Part shown: piece by piece, positions 1 through 8,872 of the stretch
How positions within the stretch are numbered: position 1 is the stretch's first letter
How the letters are laid out: the number at the start of each line of letters is the position of its first letter
Assembly (NCBI GenBank): GCA_040437565.1
Contig: JBDOQK010000086.1
Span: 61,926-81,925 of the forward strand
Source: Albugo candida
Lineage: Eukaryota
Direction of reading: 5' to 3'
DNA: 20,000 nt
The notes under the pieces: model-generated
Databases searched by the model: none
Seen by the model: only the letters and a program-made list of their open reading frames with translations
What the model was told of the DNA's origin: nothing
Position numbers and translations under genes: made by a program

Positions 1-245
1 GCACAATACAGTATAAGTGCAAGGTGGCTCTCGACCACCATACATCCATTTATACATACTAAAGCGCGGCATTTCATTGGATATAGGGTTTTTTATTAAT
101 GCCTCGCAATTTTTGTCTTAGTTTGGCCACAACGAGACTTTAAGCTTCATTTTATGACATTTAGTTTCACAATAAGCATTCATGAGAGATCTCTAAGCTC
201 AAGCTGATCAATTAAATGGAATATATCAGGCCGCCAGGTACGTGC
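1..245. repeat. Exact copy of 925-1169 ending at an assembly gap (probable contig-overlap or haplotype duplication)
   Basis: 1-245 reads identically to 925-1169 (gcacaatacag...ggtacgtgc) and stops at the N-run 246-345. Confidence 0.9.
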
Positions 246-345
246 NNNNNNNNNNNNNNNNNNNNNNNNNNNNNNNNNNNNNNNNNNNNNNNNNNNNNNN
301 NNNNNNNNNNNNNNNNNNNNNNNNNNNNNNNNNNNNNNNNNNNNN
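246..345. other. Assembly gap (100 N)
   Basis: Run of exactly 100 N. Confidence 0.99.
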
Positions 346-533
346 GATATAGTTTATAATCCTAAATTGTGTCGAACTTCAATTCGCTCCGCTGATATTA
401 CTTCATTTGATCGGACCTCCTAGTTTGTAATAGTGACTATGTGTCGAAGATCGTGATTATGAATCATTTAACCACGTCTTCGAAAAACGCCAGAACAATA
501 CTGGCATGTGCGTGTATCTTATGGGTATAGCTT

Positions 534-2215
534 TCAAAAGTAGAACATCTGGGAATAAAAAGAGATTTGCACTCCAGTATCTTTCCAATCGTGTCTCCTC
601 TGATAAGTACTTATATATTTTGCAATTATACCGGAGTTTGTAATACTATTTCTCTTGGGTGACACTGTGTGCATGAGTACGACGGTTGGAGGGGTTGCTT
701 GGTAGAGGTCATACCCATTCCTCTCTGACGCGAAACGTTTGATCTTTTGACAAGTGATACATTTGCAGTGCCTATGGCTCATCCAATTTCAAAAAGCATG
801 TCCTTTCTGATCGTGAAAGCTATTTTAGTCAACCCTCTTGGTTCTATGGAGTTCTTTTTGCAGACGTTTCACACAGCTTCACCTTAAAGCCATGTGCTTC
901 AGAAAAGCGACTCTGATTCTGAAAGCACAATACAGTATAAGTGCAAGGTGGCTCTCGACCACCATACATCCATTTATACATACTAAAGCGCGGCATTTCA
1001 TTGGATATAGGGTTTTTTATTAATGCCTCGCAATTTTTGTCTTAGTTTGGCCACAACGAGACTTTAAGCTTCATTTTATGACATTTAGTTTCACAATAAG
1101 CATTCATGAGAGATCTCTAAGCTCAAGCTGATCAATTAAATGGAATATATCAGGCCGCCAGGTACGTGCGGCATGACAGAGCACGTACCCGTTTTGTAAG
1201 GGTTACAAAGCTAGATGCATATTGGATAGGCCATGACGTCACTCCGAACTTCTAAAACGATCTAGAAGGATAGGGTTAGAGATAGAATGGAGTAGCGAAC
1301 AAAGGACCTAATGTTTTCAAGTAAAAATATACCTAGTGAAGCACACGTCTACACAGGAAGGCACTGCCACCAGATAAACCGCACCCAATGTTGCTTCACG
1401 TGTGCGAACGTGATCGAAGCGGGACGTCAACATCGGTGAAAGATCTTACAAATAAGTTAAACGTCTTCGCAGGTGTTTGCTGCCAATTTATTAGGATATC
1501 CAGCTCCGACTATCTTTTCGTATCTTACCAGTTCGAGAACGCTATTGGTTCTTACAACAATCACATCCAGGCATCATCCTGTGCAATCAAAAGCATTTTT
1601 ACTATGTCGTAAGATACCAGCATTTGATTTCTGATTGCAACAGGACACGTCCAATTTGGGAGGAGCTCTATCCGTCGTGGAAAATTTTCTTCTCTGTTCG
1701 ACCACGCTGGTCGCACATCGCGTGTGCACGGATTACTGCACTTCGTGATGCGTGGAAACCCTTTCTGCTGGAGCGGAGGACCTCTGGCTTATATTAGTCG
1801 CGGCTTCGATTCATTGAATTTGGAGGAATCGGAACCAAAGACGTTTTCGGTCACGGCACTTTAACACCTACTTCATCTGCTGTTTTCGGTGTTTTATAGC
1901 ACCCAGAGTGTCCATATCCGTACTTACAACGGCAGTGCTATTCCACGGATCACCTGAAACATTTCACGAATTTATTTGAGTCATAGCAACATACTGGTTC
2001 AGCACGAAGACACTTCTCTGTACGGCCCATTCTTCTTCAACTTTGGCGAGGCTAAAGCACGAGACGCACCTAGAGCACCGCGCGAAGCTGGTCTGAGTAG
2101 CGTTTTTTTTCAACACTCCTTATTTTGTAGTCCGCTGAAGCTCGGTTTGGATGTCCTAGCCCAATCTTGCATGTAATTACGTTTATTGTTACAGTTAGGC
2201 ATTGGAGAATTCATT
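534..2215 (-). pseudogene. Possible decayed Cys-rich secreted-protein (effector-like) gene
   Basis: Minus-strand fragments broken by stops and frameshifts: hydrophobic ILQCLTVTINVITCKIGLG (~2210-2155), FARCSRCVSCFSLAKV (~2085-2040), FVKCFR*SVE*HCRCKYGYGHSGC (~1970-1900), CETKCHKMKLKV...CTYTVLCFQNQSRFSE (~1095-900). Family not identified; pattern only. Confidence 0.2.
1099..1432. mobile_element. Possible truncated solo-LTR-like repeat
   Basis: Stretch without a convincing ORF, ending in GGGACGTCAACA (CA terminus at 1432). Contains two hairpins (1161-1189, 1193-1209). A contig breaks inside its duplicate copy, consistent with a multicopy repeat. No 5' TG end or TSD found, so the left boundary is a guess. 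Confidence 0.25.
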
Positions 2216-2381
2216 TGCGTCTAATCCTAGGAATATAGACAACTTCAATCACATAGGGTGTGTTTGGAAGTAATTTGTTTGAAATGTGAAATATTTATTT
2301 CTTCTTCAAAACAGAAAAAGTTGTGGGAGTGATAAATCAAGTAGGCATGATGCAATTCAAAAAAGGGAACCTTCAATATCC

Positions 2382-3055
2382 CCTCAGTGTGTTTGGTAAA
2401 ATCCCCTCAGTTTAATATGATTGGCAAAATTTTAATCTTGCATTGCACTAACTTACAGGTACAACTGGATAAGAGACAATGTGATAGCACTGCCCGCTAC
2501 TTTTCGAAAACTTTGCAATCATTCAGTTCAGTTCGCTTGCGTTTTTCTGTTTTTGACCATTCTTCTTAGACTATTTCACAGTTCACGAATTATTATAACA
2601 CAAAAATATTTTTTTCTGCAAACTGAGTCCTAATAAATCACTGATTATGGGTCATTCATGGCACAAGAACCTTCTATTCTATAAAATCGCTCCTGTGCGT
2701 TATGTTATTGCACTTAGAGATCTTCGTGCGCTGTGTCTGTCCACCCCTCATGCAACGGCCGCATCTTCTTTGCATGGGAGCATCCAAGACTGCTGCAACG
2801 AGCTCCAATTCCGACAAAGTTCTTCGCGTCGATGACGCAGATGGTTGATTCCATCGCATCGATCTAGATGGCCTCCCATGCACTTGCAAAGGTACTGGTA
2901 CTGGATTAAGGACAGCATTTGCAGCACTTGGAGCGCCGATTATGATGTCCAGCAAACGGATATTCTTTGTGCAAGAAGACTCAGTTGTATACGATATGCA
3001 AGCATCCATTAGCCTATCATATCAAACTGAGGGGATTTTACCAAACACACTGAGG
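2382..3055 (-). mobile_element. Non-autonomous TIR DNA transposon (probable MULE internal-deletion derivative), 674 bp
   Basis: TIRs 2382-2425 and 3012-3055 match at 42/44 nt (CCTCAGTGTGTTTGGTAAAATCCCCTCAGTTT...). Internal minus ORF 2674-3009 has HGRPSRS...STRRTLSELELV...RRCGRCMRGGQTQRT, resembling a MULE transposase C-terminus with a degenerate CCHC knuckle. No TSD recognised. Confidence 0.75.
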
Positions 3056-3282
3056 ATAGAGTAACGAGTGCCTTAAAAAAAGCTGTGGGGATATTAATAC
3101 CCTTTTTTAGGGATTCGGTATAGCCACACACCCTAACTTAATTGGGAACACCGTGTCGCCCCACCCCGTAAATATCCTATATAAATGGGAGCCCGCTATC
3201 GCCACACTCGCTAATTTTCATACTTGCTATACACCTACATACATTGCTTCAAGTACGCTAACGTGAATGTTCTGTCCTCACT

Positions 3283-5334
3283 ATGCCACTTGCTCCACCC
3301 CCGGAACACACCTATGAGATCGCAGAAGAGGCAGTACAAAACTTCGCTTGGCAAGAAGGCTATTCCACAAAGAAAGGTCACATAAAGGTCGAAAAGTACG
3401 TAAATACTAGGAAGGTGTGGCTTGCTTGCGTCCACGGTGGTCGGTACAAAACCAAGCACACGGGGATCCACCAAACATCAATGAGGCTTTAATATGCCCA
3501 CGGTTAGTCACCATTTAGCGCCAACTGAATCAAAATCCTGTGCAAGAATGGCGAGTGAGTGTGGTGGTTTCAATTCACAATCATGAGGCAGTAGAGAATC
3601 TTTCAACATTCTCAGAAGCCAGGGTATTGAACCAGGTTCAGGAGCAGAAAATTCTGTACTTCACAAAAGATGGAGCACCTCCTCGGTTAATTTTGAGTAT
3701 TTTGAAGTGGTCTGATCCTGCTTTTCTTGCCACCGGGAAAGACATAAAAACGTGAACGAGCGGAATTTCTCCTTGGTCGTAACCCTCTAGAAGGATTGCA
3801 GGACACACTAGAGTAAAGTGCCAATAGGCATGAGCTTGATCGGGACCCCTCATCGGGTCAATTACCGCGCCTCCTAATTGCACCCAAGCCTTGATTGAAT
3901 CTCGACAGACAATTTTTTTTTTTCGGGNNNNNNNNNNNNNNNNNNNNNNNNNNNNNNNNNNNNNNNNNNNNNNNNNNNNNNNNNNNNNNNNNNNNNNNNN
4001 NNNNNNNNNNNNNNNNNNNNNNNNNNNAAGTTCTTATAGCAGATTCGACATACAAAACCATTGGATGAGTAAAATGCGTTGCGATCAATCTTTGCCCAAC
4101 ATCAACCAAGAGCAGACAAAATCTCCAGGTTTCAAATGCCATTGCTCCATGTCATAGGTGTGGCATGCACAAACCAGTCTTATTTGTTCTGCTATGTTTT
4201 GTTGCGACACGAATCAGAAGATGATTACACTTGGGCGCTTGGGGAAATGAGGATAGTTTATCGAGATAGAATCACTGGGCCAATTGTCATTGTCACTGAC
4301 AGAGAATTGGCATTATTGGCTGCAATCTCACGGCTTCTACCTGAAGCGAAGAATCTGCTTTGCATATGGCATATCAATAAGAATGTCCCAACAAATTCTA
4401 AAAAGCACTTTCCAAAGGACGAAGACTGGAAAGAATTTATCGCAAGTGGCACGGATTCTACTGATCATTAAAGATGCTATTAATGAGACTGGCTATGCGT
4501 ATTTACAATCCACACGGATTCCGCACAAGGATAAATTCATCCTTGCTTGGACCAAACAACATAAATCGTTTTGGGCATGCAACCTTGAAGAAATGGGTTT
4601 TGGTTACAGTGGATTTGGCAACAGTTTATGGAGAATTGGTTCTCGCAGCTCAGCAGCAGCGCCAATCAATAAATCAGAAAGTTGCATACGATCGTTCACA
4701 CATTATCGTCCGCCTTAGTGGGAGCTTCTGGACAACTATGAATAGAGAGATTTCACATTAGGAATTCAATGAAGTATGTAACACTAATGTATACATACGG
4801 TTGTGCACAGTACTTGCAAGGTATGTACTGACCATCTTTTGTTTTCTGCAGGTCTTCAAGCAGTACCAAAATGCACTATCGATGGGGAACAATAAAGAGT
4901 TCACTAGAACATTCACAATTACTAAAGGATTGCCGCGTTCTCATGTCATCAAAGAGCTGCAAAAGATGGGGTCAATCTTGTATGACGCTCATTTTCATGA
5001 GTACTGGTGGCTTCACAAGCCTGTACATCCCACACTGCATTCTGCAATGCCTAGTCAGGAAATAACAAGCTTTCGGACATTATGAAAAAGGTGCAAGAGT
5101 GTTATTCGGTCTTTCCTCCACACAGGCAGCGCCTTTTGGATCAGGATCTTAATTGCCGTGCATCTGTTTCAAGCCCAGGGGTAAATGACCCTGCCACAGT
5201 GGCCTCACGTGGACGGCCAAAAGGATCAACGAGTACCAAACGAGATGCCAAATCGAACATCCGGGGCCTGCAAACAAGAAGGTCACAAGAGGCGCACATG
5301 TCCACAACCCAAAATTAACAAAAGAAATCTCTAA
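3283..5334 (+). pseudogene. MULE/FAR1-type DDE transposase pseudogene (frameshifts, stops, two probable introns)
   Basis: FAR1/WRKY-like N-terminus (FAWQEGY..VWLACVHGG; WRVSVVVSIHNH). First catalytic Asp in VLIADSTYKT (4030-4059). MULE core FQMPLLHVIGV...HESEDDYTWAL...IVTDRELALLAAI...LLCIWHINKN (4130-4383). SRGRPKGS AT-hook-like motif. Knuckle SGACKQEGHKRRTC (5260-5301, first Cys now Ser). Confidence 0.88.
3928..4027. other. Assembly gap (100 N) inside the MULE
   Basis: Run of exactly 100 N shortly after a poly-T tract. Confidence 0.99.
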
Positions 5335-5344
5335 TTTAGTTCAG

Positions 5345-5546
5345 GGGGTGTGGCGATGACGGTTCCCTGATATAATTTTTATTTAGGGGCTGTGGTGATA
5401 CCGGTTTCCATCTATTTAGGATATTTAGGGGGTAATACCGGTTCATATTTACACAGGGTATTCAGGGGGGTGGTAATACCGGTGTTCTCATTTTAAGGTA
5501 GGGTGTGTGGTTATACTAAAAGGGGTGTGTGGCTATACCGGATTCC
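5345..5546. repeat. Subterminal array of ~6 related motifs (GGTGTGGYRATACCGG-like) in the MULE right arm
   Basis: ggtgtggcgatgacggtt, gctgtggtgataccggtt, ggggtaataccggtt, gggtggtaataccggtg, ggtgtgtggttatact, ggtgtgtggctataccgg. Confidence 0.7.
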
Positions 5547-6972
5547 TTTTTTATCGTCCCTAAAATGAAATTATAACCCCTTGTAATCGCGCCGAGATTT
5601 ATCACTTTATAATGCTGGTTGCCCAAAGGATGCCGAAAAGCACACGTTTGTTGAGAAAAGCGCCATCAAGACCACTTTCTCTTCCACATCTCACTAGACA
5701 AGACGGCATGGAAGTGTGCATACCGAAATATGAGGACTCTGCATGCACATAAAGGTTTTTTGTAGCTTCTGAGTTAACGTTGATGGTTCCAAATCGTTTT
5801 ATCTAAAGTATGCCATTTCGATCGTGCATTTTTCCATACTTTAGTTGTCGGTACATGTCATCGCCCGCGAGGCGACGAAATTGGCGACATACATCAATGT
5901 CATCTATACTGGAGCCATCACTAATCTGGATGCCCATTCAGTTTTTATTTGTGACTTCAAAAAACCGAAAAAGTACGACACAAAGGATTTTATAATCACG
6001 TGTCATGTTGTTTCAGCAGCATCAAATATCATTGTTAGATTCTCGGTAATGTGATACTCTCCGATATCATGTTACGAGCAAAACATTTATCTGTGTGTTG
6101 CGAATTCTGTTGCAACGACAAGCGCGTGCAGATCAATATTTTGTATGCAGCCTATTTGCACTTTATTGAATAAAACCGGGAAGAAATAGGTCGCTATTGG
6201 AGGCAGAAAACAACTTTTTTCAGCACCGAGTAAGATGGGAATAAAATTCTAAGGCTGGAAGTAGAGCCGCGTACCGCGGAAACTAATACGAGAGAACTTA
6301 TATGACACGTCAGCTTCAAGACTTAGCCAAGTAATGTAAATCTCAGTAGATTATGAGATAACTCAACTGTATATATGTATTTGCTATAGCAGATAACAAC
6401 ATTGTGCAAAACCGTGGACGCGAAAACATTTATTTTTCTTTCTGACAATCCATCTATAATATATACGTTGGAGGATGGTGAAGTGAGAGCGTATCAGAAA
6501 ATGGTCGGTCACATCCTTCAACATCGATCTGATCATTCTCTCCCTTATAAAATCCTAAACACAATCTTCAGACAAAGAGCTCTTACTTACTCCTCAAGCC
6601 TATGCTAATGCACACACTCATCAAAGACGTAGCTGCTATTTGGTCGTTCTTGTCGCGTATCCGACATCTCGCGCACGCTCAACAAAATTAGGTGAATTTC
6701 TTTATCTAATCTGCTCGTTTATGCTGAATTCAGCTCACACTCATCGATGAGAAATCCGCTCTTTACTCGTTCTACTCGCTTGTGCAATATTACAATATTG
6801 TACTGTAAAACTCTCGCTTACATATGGTGATGCATTCTGGTGCGTTGCGTTCACTTGAGGTATAACGCAAGATGACATAGAGAGAGTTTGTACCCTCAAG
6901 ACAAACGAGACCTAATGCATAAGGCAGGTTGAATATATATATATAGAGAGATTGGTTGTTAGTTCACTATTA

Positions 6973-7072
6973 NNNNNNNNNNNNNNNNNNNNNNNNNNNN
7001 NNNNNNNNNNNNNNNNNNNNNNNNNNNNNNNNNNNNNNNNNNNNNNNNNNNNNNNNNNNNNNNNNNNNNNNN
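6973..7072. other. Assembly gap (100 N) flanked by a 52-bp exact overlap
   Basis: 6921-6972 is identical to 7073-7124 and includes a short (AT)6(AG)3 tract. Confidence 0.95.
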
Positions 7073-7628
7073 AAGGCAGGTTGAATATATATATATAGAG
7101 AGATTGGTTGTTAGTTCACTATTAGCTAAGCTAAGCCTATACCGCAGTTTCTTTACCGTTTGTATAGCAATTTCGTACACCGAATTTGGGCGTATGCAAT
7201 CTTCTGATGTTCTCCAAGCATTCCCTATGGAAAGTGTGGGTGTTAGCAACATGAGTTTTTGACCTTTTTTTTTCAACAAATGCAAAGGGAGGTAAGCCAC
7301 GCTTTCCCCAACTCAACACCGTACTTTAGCGGATACTTTGCTCGACGTATTTCAGGCTTGCCATGAACTCTAGTAAGCTTCGACCGATCGCGCAGGAGCA
7401 AATACAATTGCGGAATCATAGTCAACTCGCTCTTTACCTTTGTGTTCATATCCCTTCCTCGTTTGAGAGTGCATAGCCAAACTTATTCCTGTAAGCCGCA
7501 AACCATCCTCAAATGTTACACAGTTTTTTCATTAGTAAGTATAGGCTTTGTTTCAGAGGTAATGAAGGGTTGGTGCAGAAACCTTGTCCTGTACTCAATG
7601 TGAATCACAATTTTGGCTTGATTACCAT

Positions 7629-7642
7629 TCATTTTTCGATTT
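7629..7642 (+). promoter_or_regulatory. Oomycete core promoter (INR + FPR) match
   Basis: TCATTTTTCGATTT fits the oomycete consensus TCATTYBNNNWTTY and ends 20 nt upstream of ATG 7663. Confidence 0.6.
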
Positions 7643-7662
7643 CCCAGCAAGCACCGACACAA

Positions 7663-8226
7663 ATGGTATCTCTAACAATTATGGTCGTTGAGTCTTTCGC
7701 ACTGATTCTTTTGCATCTGAACAAAACGATGGCAATAAATTACGCACTATCGACTTCCATAAGCGAACGCAGACTTGAAGCCAAGCTCATAAAGCCTTCG
7801 AAGGACAAAGCTGCGCTCATACTGTATCAGGAGAACGAAGGTTGTCAAAGACTGAGTTATACATATGACCCCACTTTCAACTTCAGCCAGACATGCGTGC
7901 GTAATGCCGGATACCCGGGAATTCTCTATACAAAATTTCCAGTACCCAATTGTGCCGAGCAATTTGTTGAATACTGCACATATGTTGCGCTGGTTTTAGA
8001 ACAACCTGAGGATTGGTTTTCCATCGAATCCGATCTCAGAATATTTTTCCAGCCCCAACTCGAAATGGATTCTCCCTCGTACGAGAAAGAGGTCAGAAGC
8101 TTCACAGACAGCTTATTTACAAGGCCTGAGAATGTCCTGCTAAGTAGCTCTGAGGTAGCATGTCTCGGTTTTCTCCTGTCGTATAATTCCACATATTGTG
8201 CCACACTTCCGCCTATCAGTAAATAA
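7663..8226 (+). CDS. Hypothetical small secreted protein, candidate effector (187 aa)
   Basis: The open frame runs 7513-8226. ATG 7663 is preferred because it follows the INR/FPR match and starts a signal-peptide-like stretch, MVSLTIMVVESFALILLHLNKTMA. RRLE at aa 36-39, six Cys, no recognisable domain. Confidence 0.6.
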   Translation: MVSLTIMVVESFALILLHLNKTMAINYALSTSISERRLEAKLIKPSKDKAALILYQENEGCQRLSYTYDPTFNFSQTCVRNAGYPGILYTKFPVPNCAEQFVEYCTYVALVLEQPEDWFSIESDLRIFFQPQLEMDSPSYEKEVRSFTDSLFTRPENVLLSSSEVACLGFLLSYNSTYCATLPPISK

Positions 8227-8872
8227 TACACTTTACGCTTGTCATTCATATCTGTCAGCACTTTGACGTTAAGCAATCTATCTCGTTAACTTTCAACATT
8301 TATAAATAATACATGCTCTTGTCCGCGATAAAGTATGTGAAATGTAGGGTACCATAAAAAGCGAACGATGCTATCATGATCAGTAGCCATAGATTATTAT
8401 TGTCTATTGAGAAGAGATTTATTGGATTGTACAAAAGAAATGACTGTTTTACTTCACGAGGAGGCATTCAAGTACTTTGTCCAGTGATAGCTCAAAAGCC
8501 GCTGAGCTTCGCCACTCATAGCATCGCTAGATATGTGAAACAATTAGTTCCATAAGGCAGGTGCAAAACTCCCACGGGAAGCCATGTTATACATGTTTCA
8601 CTTTCTACAATAGTGTCAAAACATTTTAAAATAGATGGAGAATCATATTCATGTATGTCAGGCTTTCATCACTTCTATATTTCACCAAGAGGATCTATTC
8701 GCGTAGATTAGACTCTATAGCTATACTATAATCGCATACTTGTAGAAGGTTTTGCTGATGCCGACATGTCAAAAGGGACATATCTGTGTCCTTATTCCAA
8801 CGTTTCCATACATTTGATGATTTCATTGCATCGAGTTCGTCTAATCGCTTATGTACGGTACAACTAACGGGT

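Larger units (their letters stand above)
3110..5546 (+). mobile_element. Mutator-like (MULE) DNA transposon, decayed copy with both ends
   Basis: Left end GGGATTCGGTATAGCCACACACCCT (3110-3134) versus reverse complement of the right end GGAATCCGGTATAGCCACACACCCCT (5546-5521); imperfect similarity extends ~100 bp inward. The 9-mer CCTTTTTTA occurs at 3101-3109 and 5545-5553, TSD-like but overlapping the last 2 TIR bases. MULE transposase remnants inside. Confidence 0.88.

Noticed and set aside
1161..1215. Helitron 3' end (hairpin + CTAG)
   Set aside because: CTAG is followed by A rather than T, the hairpin spacing is atypical, and no Rep/helicase remnant or 5' TC end is recognisable.
5345..5546. 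CRISPR-like repeat-spacer array
   Set aside because: The units are degenerate, irregularly spaced and part of a transposon TIR in a eukaryotic context, with no cas genes.
6921..7124. 52-bp direct repeat around the gap
   Set aside because: Exact contig-end overlap across a 100-N spacer; an assembly artefact rather than an LTR or TSD.
7513..7662. N-terminal 50-aa extension of the secreted candidate
   Set aside because: The INR/FPR match lies inside it and the signal-peptide-like segment starts at 7663, so it is probably upstream non-coding sequence.
8766..8872. Upstream ATG 8766 (MSKGTYLCPYS) or GTG 8786 as the APC5 start
   Set aside because: The 8766 frame hits a stop, and the donors I checked (8802, 8835, 8853, 8858) are out of phase with the AG at 8903. 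GTG starts are unlikely in a eukaryote, so ATG 8873 is preferred.
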